NCBI RefSeq assembly: GCF_006345805.1
Contig: NC_043006.1
Location: forward strand, 28,086,001 to 28,150,000
Direction of reading: 5' to 3'
DNA: 64,000 nt
Source of the DNA: Octopus sinensis
Lineage: Eukaryota
The translations under genes and the position numbers were made by a program. Under the pieces are notes generated by a model. That model was given only the letters and a program-made list of their open reading frames with translations. It had not been told where the DNA came from and made no database searches. Positions within the stretch are counted from its first letter, which is position 1. The number at the start of each line of letters is the position of its first letter. This document shows positions 11,511 to 24,529 of this stretch, piece by piece.

Positions 11511-13849
11511 CTTTAGATGTATTTTACGCGTTTTTACAGTTCTAATCTCATTTTAAAATGGTGAGTATAATTAGATGTAAAAGACCGTATTTTTCTTTCA
11601 CTGACTATAAAATTTGTAACCTGTATGGAGAAGAAAACTAAAATGACAGTGTTAATTCAGGCGACAGATTAAGAGAAACTTGTTGCTCTACCTATTCTGT
11701 CAGCCTTTACCTGTTGTAACTGCAGAAATGATAATTTTCCATATTGATATGGTATCCCAGAATTTCAAGGAGAGAAGAAAATGTGACTCTTCAAAGCATT
11801 GGTTACCAATGGTTTTATTAGATGCAATGCCAATGTTATAAAGTTAATTGGTATTAATTTTATTGATCACTTAGAGATGAAAATGCTAAGGCAATCCTGG
11901 TTGGATTTGGATTTAGAACCAGAAAGAATGAAGCTAACTGGTGCAATGTATTTAAACCACTGTTCAGTCCCATCGCCTTTTAAATAAGTACTTCCATAAC
12001 CCAGCAAATAGTTCAAACTCGGATTCAAAAGGAACAACTATTGTTATCTCCCTTGGACTCAACAGCAACTTTAACGTGGTTTATTGGTTAATTCAGTGAA
12101 ATAAGCATCAATAATGCTAAAATAACCATATCACATTGATTCTGGTAAAGGGAATACGCGAGAAGAAAATTCAGAAAATGTATTTGGGCAGACATATCAA
12201 GAAATGAACTGGAATGCCAAAATGGAAATCCGGAGAAGACAATAGATATAACTGGTAAGCAATTTGAAGTTCACTTAATTTCTTACCACTAACTTTTTGT
12301 AAACAGTAAGAGAAAAATAAGTAAATGAGAATTAAAATACTTTATTGGAGGCGAATTTTAATTGTATGAAAAAATGCCCTCAATGGATCTGAAAAAAAAA
12401 AAAAAAAAAGGAAGGCGAAAATAATTTTCGAGTGGCAACAATCAATATGATAAAGAGACCTCTGAATATTTCAGAGGTAAATATCTGTTATCCATAAGAT
12501 ATTTATTTATTATCTGGAAAAAAAACCCCGATGAGATAAGCTGCCTAATTAGGCCATGTTATCCAAATAGTGAGTGTTGGGATTGGAACCCCTCAAAACA
12601 GGATACTCCATTGGTGATAGATTGGTAGATATATCCAAACATGCTTTCCATAGTTGGGGTTAACTCTAAGGCATGGATACGATTGCTAAGGTTTGTTGAG
12701 ATCGTAGACGAAGGAGATGCTATTAATGTTGGCTGTATTTGATAATATAGGATGCAGTTTTTGAATGGCAAATCGAGTGCTGGCAGATTGGACTAGCAAA
12801 TATTTGCGAAGGGCTCTTCTGTTTTGCTGAGTGATTCTCACAGACCCGTTTACTTTCAAGACACACTGATCGAGCTATGGAATTGTCATAAAGTCACGAA
12901 CACGTCTTCTGAAAATGCTCTTTGTTTGGGAAAACTTGTGTTGTTTCATCCTAGATAATTTCTGATCAAGCTGACCTGTGACGAAACCGCTCCAGCCACG
13001 AACAATTCCATCATAGGCCTGCGCTAGGATTACACTACCATGACTACACTAACCGACGGGTTCTTCCTTTCTTTAAGATGGTGAAATGTTATTTGAAGGG
13101 AATTTGGTTGATATTTGTGACTGGACGAGTGATATAGAAGCCACCTCGCTAGGAAAAATTTGTACCACTATTAGACTTGTGTTACAGCAGTAGGCATAGG
13201 CAACTTTTCTGGAGAGTCGACCGCATGAGACATGGTTCATCATTAGGCGGGCCGGTACCACTAAAACAATTCAAGATCATTTTTCGTTAGGCGTGCCAAT
13301 TAGGAATTTTCATGGGCTGCTATTTACACAGGTCCGTGTTACAGTATTGTAGGATTGCATGTTGAAATTATAAAGCGCTTCGCTCTGGTTACACCAATTT
13401 CGGCTATGTAGAAAGGTCATAGATGAAAGGTATACGCCCCAATTTTTCGGAACATTTTAGGTTATTGTTCATAGGAACTCCAATTCACATTCGGATGATA
13501 GTTTTTCTGGGATGCCGAATGTGACGAATGTGCAGTATAGACAGGCACTAAAACTATTTGCTTCTTTGAAGATATTTCGACAGATGAGCAATGCGAGTAG
13601 AGATCGATAATTCTGAGGTATTTGAAGTCGCTTGAACTGAAAATATATTGAAATAGGTAAATCGGTGACAATTGTGATGTAAAGGACATATATAGTTGTT
13701 AAAGTACCTTTATATTGCAGTAATAACACGTGCATTGAAATATACTTGTACTTGCAGCAACATTCACCCGGAGTAGGTTGAACCGACTCCAACCAGCGAA
13801 TTCACCATTCGCTCACGAATGCTGACCATATCCCATGGTCGGCCGCAGT

Positions 13850-16490
13850 TAGGGCTATAATGGATGCCCACTTCCGGTTCAACTGTCAAAGACTATAGAT
13901 GCAGAGGCCCGAGTCTGCTTCCACATCTGTTTTTACTGTCGCCAGCCACGACTTCAATTGTCCTCCAACTCGTTTGCGTCAGCTTGGGAGGGGAGCCGGG
14001 TTGACGCCTTGCGAATGATTTCCCTGGAGCCTGACGGAGTGTATAGCCAAGCTAACTTAGATGTCTGGCGAGTAGAGCTTGTTGCAAAGAGTTGATGCGG
14101 CAGCTATCGTATTTTGGGGTTCGAAATGATGTCCCATGGACGAACATACAGTATTCGACATAGGCAGTAGTAATCGAAGACTTTGAGCTTTTGGAAGTTT
14201 TCAGCTCTCACTGGTCAGGATTTGCACCCATAGAGAAGGATGGTCCGGATGAACGCTTGGAAAATACGCACTTTCGTGAGAATTTGGATCTCTGGTGGCG
14301 GCCAAAGGTGGCTCTGAAGGCGACAGAATGCGAGACAAGCGTTGTTGATGCGTAGGTCAATCTCGTCCTTTCCCTGCTCGGTTGCTGTGAATGTCGATCC
14401 AAGCAATTTGAAGTGGTCGACTTCTTCGAGGATTTCACCACTGAGAACCATTCATAACTTTTCCGAGGATGGGATCATTGCCACGAGAATTTTGGTTTTG
14501 GACGTATTTATCTTCATGTCGATCTTGAGAGCCCAGTTATTAATTTTGTTAATAGCAGTTTGGAGGTCAGCATAGTTTTCCCTCAGGGTCGCTATGTCGT
14601 TAGTGTGATCAAGATCGGTGAGAACAAAGTTCGGTCCCACTGTAAAACATAGAAACTCTGTCAGAGCATGTTTCGTGATCCAGTCGATGGCATAGTTGAA
14701 CAGGGTTGGAAATAATGCATAACCCCGTCGAACCCCGGAACGGACATCGAAAAACGGTGATTCTTGTCCATATAACCGGACCTTTGTTCATATTGTATGA
14801 TAGTAGGCTTTCAGCAGGTTCAGAAGTTTTGGTGAAAAACCATCTGCAATCGTTACTTCCCACAACACACAACGGTTAACTGAGTTAAATGCTACCGCAA
14901 AATCGACGAAGCAGATGACGGTCGGTTTTTGGTAACATCAACGGTACTCAAGAGATTTTCTCAGTGTGAAGATCTGATCCGTATAGCCACGGCCAGGACG
15001 AAAGCCGGACTTGTTAGGACGGGCGCATCGGTCTCTCTAAATCTGGAATCTGCGCAAAAGGACTGAGTAAATATCTTGGCCGCGATGTCAATCAACTGAT
15101 ACTTCTGTATCTTCTTGAAGAACGGAAGAAGAACCGCATATCTCCAATCTTGGGGAAGTGATTCAGAGTCTCAGATGTGCGTGATGATTTGGTGCAACCA
15201 CTTAGTGAGCTCTTCCTGGCAGTGCTTGAAGATCTCCGCTGGAACATTATCTTCGGTAGCAGCTTTGTTGTATTTCAAGCTTGCAGTCTGTAACGACAGA
15301 AATTGGTTTGGTAAACATTATTATGAAATGTTGAAGTCAGCTGGCGTGACGATAAAATTTTTGATTGAAGTCGAGGGCCACCAATTGTAACGGATAAAAT
15401 TTAGTTTGAAAACAATATTAGGAAGTGTCGTAATCAGCAGTTGTAACGATAATAATTTGTTGTTATGACAGCATACTGTAGGATGTGAAAGATGGACAAT
15501 GCATGAAGTTTTAAGAAAGTATTTATTTACTGTTACGTTACAAATACCTTGCCTCGACGGGCAGGTTTAGATATATCCAAAAGCATGCGAAGGAAAGTTT
15601 GTGTTTGTATCCTCTTCATTGTTTAGCAGTAATTGCTGAGACAGATAGAATGATGTTGTAAGAGAACAGAATTAGAGCTAGAGAGAATTGTAGGGTGTTG
15701 TCTCACAGTAAACTTCATCTTTCCCTCTGACCAAGGTCGGTCAACCAGACCTCGTTGAGTCGTCACGACTGTGACGAACTGATTTTTGCTTGGGATGTGC
15801 TGGCTTATATAACTATCCAGAAGGATAGATATATAATTGAGAGCAATAGATTTAGTTGGTGGTCTTGTTATCTCTATTCTAGCTTTTGGTGAAGTAGAAG
15901 AAGTTAGAAAGGGTCAAGTGGTGAAGACATTATTTCGGCCTAGCTAAAGGCATCTGGAAAATGTAAAACTACTGTAAGAAAAAAACCATTGTTCCACCGT
16001 GGGAAAAGCTCTGTTGCAGTGTTAATTTAAATTTGGCTGTGGTGGATCGAATCCATTTCATGCATGCAAGATCCACTACAAGTCATAACATGCAGTACCT
16101 CAGTGGTCGGCGCTTCCGTTTGGTAATCGTACAGTGTCGCGGAGAACGGATCATTCAGCGGTCCAACGGGAGGTACTGTGCCGTGGTTGAGCAAAACAGC
16201 AAAATGCTTACACCAACGATCTAGGCAACTGTTAAGATCTGAGATCACTTCACCTCGCCCGTTGAGGATAATTTGGATGGTCGACGCTTGACCGAATTGA
16301 CTGAGCTTTCTTGAAACGCTGACTGAGGCAGTACGCTCCATGTCCGTAGCATTCGAGTGCCAGAAAGAATTCTGGTCCTCCTGAGGAATCAGTCCTCTGA
16401 GGCGACGATAGTCGTTAGAACCATTGTTGCGAGCCTGTTTGGTTTTCTCCGCCACTCTTTACGCTGACGTTTAGTGACACCAAGGTGTTT
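13850..16490 (-). mobile_element. Decayed RTE-clade LINE
   Basis: RT remnants LTDLDHTNDIATL..KIDMKINTSKTKIL, LEEVDHFKLLGS..EIDLRINNA..FCRL; linker LDRWCKHFAVLLN; interrupted at 15289-16018. Confidence 0.85.
15289..16018. mobile_element. LTR-like insertion splitting the RTE
   Basis: Begins TGTAAC and ends TGTTGCA; non-coding; no TSD found. Confidence 0.4.
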
Positions 16491-16954
16491 CCTAGGTACC
16501 TCCTAGACGTTGTGCTTCAACGATCGATACATCCTCTCTATTGGTACTTCCGCATATCAGGTCAATCGTGATGTCTCTGTTGAGTACTACTGGTAACATG
16601 AAATCCAATATAACCTGGGTCGTCCGCGGCTAAACCGGTACTCCAACTAGGCTTGCCTGGTGACTAGGATTGCTAGAAACGCAGCTGAATGAACCTAATG
16701 TAGGTTCAACTACAATTTAGCAATAGTACGGACCCCAAGACATTCCGGTTAGTGTCCGGCGTGCTGGAAGATGGTTCCACTAGGGTGCCGAATGTAACGA
16801 ATGTGCAACATAGACGGGTACTGAATCCATTTGTCTCTTCGAAGATGTTTCGACAGTTGACCAATGAGAGCAGAGGTCGATAACTGAAGTAGTTTGAAAA
16901 TATATTGAAATAGGTAAATCAGTGACAATTGTGATGTAAGGGACACATATTTTC

Positions 16955-17172
16955 CGAACGCTCATCCGGACCATCCTTCTCTATGGGTGAAAATCCTGGC
17001 CAGTGAGACCTAAAACCCTCCGAAAACTCGAAGTCTTCGACTACTACTGCTTATGACGAATTCTGCATGTTCGTCCATGAGACATCATTTCGAACCCCAA
17101 AATACGACAGCTACCGAATCATTGCAACAAGCTCTGCTCACAAGACGCTTTACGGGTGGCTTGGCTATACTC
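16955..17172 (+). mobile_element. RTE fragment in inverted orientation
   Basis: Reverse complement of about 14040-14260. Confidence 0.8.
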
Positions 17173-17605
17173 TCTGTTAGTCTCTGTTAGTCTCATTCGC
17201 AAGGTACCGTTCGGGTACGACATTTCCAAGCGTCAGAACACTGCTAATATCACGGTTAGATGGATTAGAAGCCCTCTACGATGTGGATATAGCTTTGAAG
17301 TGTGGTAATGGTCGATATGATCCTAACTTTAAATATTAATGTACTTGGTGCAAAATAAAATGAAGAGTGAAATGCTTCCCTGAAGATGGTTTATTACTGC
17401 GCGGTCCTTGTGTAGAATAATGCCATACACAATAAAGAGGTTTCTGTGAAATTGGTGGTAATTTTGTAGTTCCTGTGTGAGTTCATGGCGGAATTCAGAC
17501 CATATCAGTCTTAACGATGTCGATGATTTGGTACATGTTTCATTACTTACTGCTTTGAGGTAGATGTTTTTTTCTGTGTCACCGAATTTAATCGCGTGAA
17601 ATATA

Positions 17606-17834
17606 TTTCTTTACTGCCCACAAGGGGCTAAACATAGAGGGGACAAACAAAGACAGACAAATGGATTAAGTCGATTATATCGACCCCAATAACTGGTACT
17701 TATTTAATCGACCCCGAAAGGATGAAAGGCAAAGTCGACCTCGGCGGAATTTGAACTCAGAACGTAACGACAGACGAAATACCGCTAAGCATTTCACCCG
17801 GCTGCTAACGTTTCTACCAGCTCGCCGCCAAAAA
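17606..17834 (-). mobile_element. tRNA-derived SINE with 16-bp TSD
   Basis: TSD AATCGCGTGAAATATA at 17590-17605 and 17835-17850. Confidence 0.92.
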
Positions 17835-18700
17835 AATCGCGTGAAATATAAAATGTGGACACATTACAGCAGAAATCAGGCAATCGTCCATATCAGTTGG
17901 CTTGCTTGAAATCACATCACTGACAATGTTGTAGAGTATAGATAGAAAGAATTAATTCACGATTAAACCATTAGTAGTTGTTCGATACTTGACTACTGTA
18001 TATATATATATATATGTATAATTATTATTATTATATATCAAAGTGTCTTTCAATCAGGTTTCTGAAAATTTGTGTTGCCTTCCAAGTAGTCTGTCGCAAA
18101 TATATTATTGATTAGTGGTCTGCGATCTAGTGCTCCACTGTTATAAGTTTGTCACACCCGAGCACAAAATATCGTGCTTTGTTGAGGGCATGTGAAAATT
18201 GAAGCTACTCTCTTGACGGGCGCATATCTCAATTTTTGCTGGATGCGGACTTCTACCAGTGTGATTTTGCAGACTTCTACCAGTGTGATTTTGCAGTGTG
18301 TTTTGCAAAAGTATAAAGGTTCTATTCCCGAATAAATACCACAGGGCATTATACACATACGACTGTGTAACAACTCATTTCTTCTATCTTTTACTTGATT
18401 TAGTCATTAGTCTGCGGCCGTGCGGGGGTGTTGCCTACATTAATACTGGTTACAATTGTTTCAGTACCATTCCGTTTTAAACCCCATTACTTCCACTTGA
18501 TTAAGTGCAATAGATTTCTCAAGAGCTACATAAATTTATTAATAGCGTGGAGTGGCACAGTTCATCAGACATTTACCAAACGTTGCTATTAAGCATAATA
18601 TTTAGGAAAACCTTAAAGCGTCAATAATATCAACAAAAAATAACTGCGTGTGTGTGTGTATATATATAATCAAAATAAGTAACAAGTATATCCAAGGTAG

Positions 18701-18788
18701 AGTAGTACAATTGTTTCATGCTACTTCATTTTATTAAACACTGTACGTATTACATCAGTTTTAATATGTCGAGCAATCTTCAGCCACT
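18701..18788 (-). ncRNA. Type I hammerhead ribozyme motif (intact core) within TA-flanked element 18668-18882
   Basis: Minus strand AGUGG-CUGAAGA-UUGCU..AGCAU-GAAAC-AAUU-GUA-CUACU; stems I, II and III all pair. Confidence 0.78.
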
Positions 18789-18901
18789 TATGGAATTTTC
18801 CAATTAAACGGACAATGCACATTCGTATCCCTATTTCATTTGCCAACATTATATTCATCTGAATCTAAATTTTGCTGAACTTATATATATATATATATAT
18901 T

Positions 18902-19135
18902 ATTTTATTCTTTTATTTGTTTGAGTCATTTGACTGCGGCCATGCTGGAGCACCGCCTTTAGTCGAATAAATCGATCTCAGGACTTATTCTTCGTAAGCC
19001 TCGTACTTATTCTATCGGTCTATTTTGCCGAACCGCTAAGTTACGGGGACGTAAACATGCCAACATCAGTTTTCAAGCGATGGTGGGGGTGGGGCAAATA
19101 CAAACACACATAATTATATATACACGACGGGCTTC
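18902..19135 (-). mobile_element. SINE 3' part with (AGAATAAA) tail
   Basis: Minus strand ggcggtgctccagcatggccgcagtcaaatgact..aaataaaagaataaaa. Confidence 0.8.
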
Positions 19136-20897
19136 ATTGTGTCCGGTAGTCGCACGGCTTATTTTTGTTATATGTGTATAACTAACTTAAAAGCCGCCTG
19201 ACAAGGGTGGCCTTTAAGCTGGCTCCTGCTCTTCATTATGCCTTGGAGGGCTCTTCATTATGCCTTGGACCCAACAATGACATTTCATGCATTGAGTACA
19301 TATTAAATTTTATTAAACTTGAACAACATTTTTCAAGCAATGTACAATTTTCATCAAAACAATGATATAATTTGTTGACTTGGAATTTATTGCAAAGATG
19401 CATGATGAACAACAGTACCACCACCATCGCCACCACATCCGCCATACACACACCATTCAGACTTCTGACGCCACTACCATCAATACCTTTGACTTCGCCG
19501 CCTTCCCCTTCGCTACCATCGCCACTATCTTTCACATTACTTACTCTCACCGTCATCTCTGACCGTCTCGGCCACCCTAACTAAAACAATTAAAACTAAA
19601 GGAAGAGAAACCTAAAGGACATGGTCAGTCCTACAACCTAAGTGGTCAGCTATTTTTTTGAAAACCATGACGTGGTTCTGGTTCATTGATGGTTAACAAA
19701 TAAAACAAAACAAATCAAATAAATAAAACAATGACCAGCATGGGCAAGTAAACGAGAAAAATAAAATTAAAAAACAAGTAAATAAGTGCGACAACTAAAA
19801 CAATTAGAACTAAGGGGAGAGAATCCTATAGGACAGCATAAGAAAAGTAAAAGAGTATAAACGTGTAAAAATACAAAACGTATATCTATCTATGAGTGGG
19901 ATCTACTGTATATGGTTAAACACCTAGTATTATAGTGATATAGGAGCTGCACAGGGATTTATTGTTGACGGAAGGGAGAAGGAGGATTTCGTAAATAGGG
20001 ACAAAAATGGACTTGACCGGACGAGTGGTGGTTATCTGTTATGCTAACCTGTAGTTATTCACCAGCGTATAATACAAAGAATAGGAAATGTATGCTATGT
20101 GTAAATGAAATTTTCTTCATGATTAAAGCCAAACTTCCGCTTGTTAATTCTCTTAAGGAAAGAAACGTTTCCTGCCTTCACAAGGCCAAGCACACCTTCT
20201 GTAAATACCATTAGTACCAGTTATATGAGAGGTTATGCAAGAAGGTATGGGTTTTTGGGTGTTTACACACATATGTATCCATAGGTGTGGAAATGGATAT
20301 ACACGTGTGTGTATATGTGTGGAGTTAAGGGTGTGGGTATGAGCCACATAGGGATTCCGAGACTTGTTGATCGACAAAAAGTAACGAACACTAACATCGC
20401 ACTTTGGCCCCCACCTGGTTCCTTTCTCTCTTTAATGTACTCATATACCAAATTTCCAAAGATGGGTTCATCATCATAAGCTGCTTATGCCATACCATCC
20501 GCAACGTTGCACCTACTAACTGGCACTTTACATATAAATTTTCACCTCCGTAACATGGACCATATCTTTAAACCCACCATTGGACCTTTATTTAAACATA
20601 ATGTGAACTACTGACTAAATTTACCATTCCTGAAAAAAACTCCTCCTGAGAACGACTATATTCACCTATCCCCTATTGGACGAAACAACATGGATCTTAT
20701 AATACATCACGGGAAGTCTGTATCTTATTTCCCCTTGCTATACCCAAATCATTATACTAAGATGTGCTTCACTCACACCCTCATGTTTGTTCTTATTCTT
20801 ACCCCTATTCTTTTTCTGCTCTTTTTTACAAAGACAAACTCACTGTACCTACTATTAACTGTTTCTTATATGTATTAGCCCTCACAACCACTTAGAC

Positions 20898-21020
20898 CCT
20901 GTGAAGAAGCCTAGAGGCACATTCGTCATCCAAGCCTTATCTGCCCATCCCTGCAGAAAACTGAAGAGATGGAAATAACCTGGAGGATCTCGTTGCCTCT
21001 TGGCAGAAACGGCCGTAAGG
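20898..21020 (+). ncRNA. Degenerate type I hammerhead motif ending an element before (TA)n
   Basis: CCU-(G)UGAAGA-A-GCCUAGAGGCA..UGCCUCUUGGC-A-GAAAC-GGCC-GUA-AGG; core C3 is G. Confidence 0.6.
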
Positions 21021-21080
21021 AACTAGCATATATATGTATATATATATATATATATATAGGTATATGTATGTATGTATATG

Positions 21081-21141
<61 letters not shown>

Positions 21142-21234
21142 GTGTGTGTGTGTGTGTGTGTGTATCTATGTCGCCATGATAGATCGGTAGCCACTACACA
21201 CATTTTTTTCTCTCCTTGTTTTTTTCAGGTGTCC

Positions 21235-21270
21235 CTTTCTGTAGAAGAGCGTATGCTCGAAACATAAAAG
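21235..21270 (+). ncRNA. Degenerate minimal hammerhead-like motif
   Basis: CUUU-CUGUAGA-A-GAGC-guau-GCUC-GAAACAUA-AAAG. Confidence 0.45.
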
Positions 21271-23174
21271 ACTTTTTTCTATTCCTGAGCGTTATACTAA
21301 TACATCTGTTTGTTTTGTACTCCACCTGTCTTCGTCTTTTGCTTTTTTTCGTGAACTCTCAACGGCAGACGAAATACCGCTAAGCATTTCGCCCGGCGTG
21401 CTAACGTTTCTGCCAGCTCGCCGCCTTAGGAATTGGTTGATACCAATGAGCGTTTTATATGAAAAAACTCAAAATTTAATTTGAAAGACCATAAGGATAA
21501 CCCAATTATTACATTTATAAAACATTGGATTGGCATTCTTAATTATTGATTTTTTAAAAAAGCTGTTTAGTAATAAGATTTTCAGATTCTGAAACTCTCA
21601 TGTTCAAAAATCCCCAAACCATTTTTCGCATTTTCTTCTTTATTTAGAAATCCTCGTCATTCATTTGTCCATCCCAATCTGATATTGGTAGAATCTGTAA
21701 ACAAATACTAGACAGAATTATCTTTAAAATTCGAGAAATATTGTACTTGCCCTGTGGGATAATACAGATAATGTCCTAAAATGGTATAAAATACTAGAAA
21801 GCAATGGTAATACTTCTTTCCAGCAATTCAACATTGAAAATCCTTATTCTTCTATCTCACCTATGTTCATCAACAAGACTCTATTTTTTGCTTAAAAAAA
21901 AGAAAAGAAAAAGAAAAATAACACACAGATATAAACTAGAGGGAAATTTATACCATAATAGGAGCGAGAAAAGGCTTAATAGAATTCAACGGGTATCGAT
22001 ATATTGATGGTCTTTCTCGAACATGGTCCAGGTTATTGACTTGGACTCTTTTCACAGATCAATTGAAGGATAAATTTCTGAAGTTCGGTGGAGAGTTGTA
22101 AAACATCGATGATCTGTTAACTTTAAATAACTGCAACCTTTCGATAATTATCGAAGCATTTTTCTATTATACTAGAAAAGCTTCGCATATACTTTTAGAA
22201 AGTCTAATCGTTCTATTTCTCTTGATATTAGCACAAAAAAGATGAACAAAAGAGGTTTACTGTCTTAATTTGAACAAAAGAGGTGAACTTTCTTAATCTT
22301 GACACTGGCTTGCACTATCCTTACCATAATCTATATGAAAACCTACATTTCATACACAATCATTCTAATCATCTTAGGTCTGCTATAGATAATCTTGTTA
22401 GAAATATTTCATTTAGGTTATCAAAATTGTCAGCTAATGAACAAATATTCAATGATAATGCAGAATATAACAACGATGCCCTGAAAAAAGTGGCTATATG
22501 AAAAAAAAAAAAAAAGAGCTTATAGTCCACTTTTAAACAAGTAAACCGTATCGTAGAGATAAAAACTGGACAAAAAGTAAATAATGATCCAAATAAATGG
22601 TTTTCCAATCAATATTATTAAAATCAAGATAATACAGGAGAATTACAAACCGATATGGGTGATATAAAATCTTCAACGATTAAGGTTACTAACTACTGTA
22701 GCATTATAATGAATAGATTTGAAGATACGACTAAATGATCTAGAACTGATTAAGGAAGAGCGTTTGATATAGTAATAAACCCATCTAAGAGACAAACGCA
22801 GCGGTAGAACTATCACCGTATTAGATATGAGAAGAAACAATAAATTTTGCACCTGTAATAAGGGAAAAAAGAATAACTGTAGTGATAAGGTTGAGAACAC
22901 AGAGGTATTTTCTTCTGAAAATGCTTCTAATTGTATTACCAAAAACTGTGACTGGCTTAAATCTAGGGATTGTAGCAATAAGAAAAATACTTCAGATCAA
23001 ATTTCTACTGATAACACTAACACTAAGAAAACAAGGAAAAGAACCGTAACATGGTTTCATGCTTCTTATTCAAGGAACGTATGAACAAACATACTTAAGA
23101 TTTTCAGTGATATACTTTCCATTCAAACGTAAATACCATAGTTATGGAAAACTTTTCACCCAAGCATAAATATC

Positions 23175-23645
23175 ACCGTCGTCGTCGTCGTCGTCATCAT
23201 CATCATCATCCGACGTGGTTCAACAACTAACTCGTCGTTGGATTCACAGTACAACTGATTTCTACACCCAGCCCTGGTGCTTGATTCGGTCGTACTATTC
23301 AGCCTTTCGACCGCTGAATACAAAAATGTGGAGCGTAAGACCTCCGTTCGGATGGTCTTCCTGAGTCATCGTCTTACCCTCGTAATTTCCTTTCGTTCTG
23401 TTGATCTTTCCACGTACAAGGTAGTCATCCCTTTTCTTCCCTTTTCGTTTCTTACACAATATTGGATGGCCGTTGAGTTCTTCCGCCTTTTGTGGTTTTT
23501 TTTTTAATCTCGCAGAGTGCCCGATAAGCACTCTCCTCGCCAAGCAAGCTTGGTGGGGTCGCCAGTTTAATGTTGGCGACCCGACCATATGATAGATTGT
23601 ACTGGGTTATATGTTACCAGTAGCACACAAGATCTGACTACCATG
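23175..23645. mobile_element. Retroposon fragment with (CAT)n end nested in the Penelope-like element
   Basis: 23540-23630 resembles the reverse complement of 16580-16670 next to the RTE. Confidence 0.45.
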
Positions 23646-24529
23646 GCATCTTTTTTTACGGTGAAATTCTCACATTCAATTGTCTATTGTTGCCGATAAC
23701 ATTAACTTCTCCAATATCTCAAAAATTCGGGCCGTGTGCCTAAAGTAGAAAAGAATATCTCTTAAAAATAACAAATACACCGATTCTACTTCAATTTTAG
23801 ACGAAACACTCTTACTTAGCTATATAATGACAAAAGCCTAAATGCAGATGACAATCCCAGTACTCAATCTATGACAAGTGATTATAGGAATAAAAGTAGG
23901 GATAATAACCTAACCCTCTTAATTACTCAATCTAAAAGTAAAGATAGAGAGAAGAAAAATTAGTTCTCACTTGAGACAAAAAGTAAGTTTAACAATTCAA
24001 AGAGTAAGAGATGAAATGATACAAACTTCACTCGTACAAACCTATGCATAAAGGATACTAACATAGAACCTTTCCCTATCATAAAATTTTCTACAATAAG
24101 AAGCAAAACAGTCACAAGGATAATAGCAAAAATACTAACATTAGTAATGGTACACACTAGTAATAACACAGTAGTAATAGTGGAGGAAAACAATATGAAT
24201 ATCAACAGGGAAAATATAGATTTACAGGACCTCAAAGACTCGATTAACTCACCTTAATGTAGATCAGCTACTCATGAAAGTAAGTTACCTTTTAAGTAAA
24301 GTAATTTATAAATGCAATGTCGTTACTCAAACTATTCATGGGTGTTATATCAGTTCCACATGGAATCCCTCTAAGAAACGAGTTAATATGCATAAACATA
24401 CATATGATAATACAATATTAAGCAATTCTACATCACCAGCAGAATACATGTGGAGTTTAAAATGAAAGGGTACCGATTTCAAGTATTATAGTCACAGCTC
24501 CAGCATATAAAGGTAACAAAAGAGATTGT

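Noticed and set aside
17300-17590. Gypsy pol remnant on the minus strand (..YGIILHKDRAVI..)
   Set aside because: Too short and decayed to call with confidence
18248-18296. 24-bp direct repeat as a CRISPR-like array
   Set aside because: Two adjacent units with no spacer in eukaryotic DNA; simple tandem duplication
23510-23590. HDV-like ribozyme suggested by CTCCTCG
   Set aside because: Could not build the P1/P2/P3 pseudoknot; only simple hairpins
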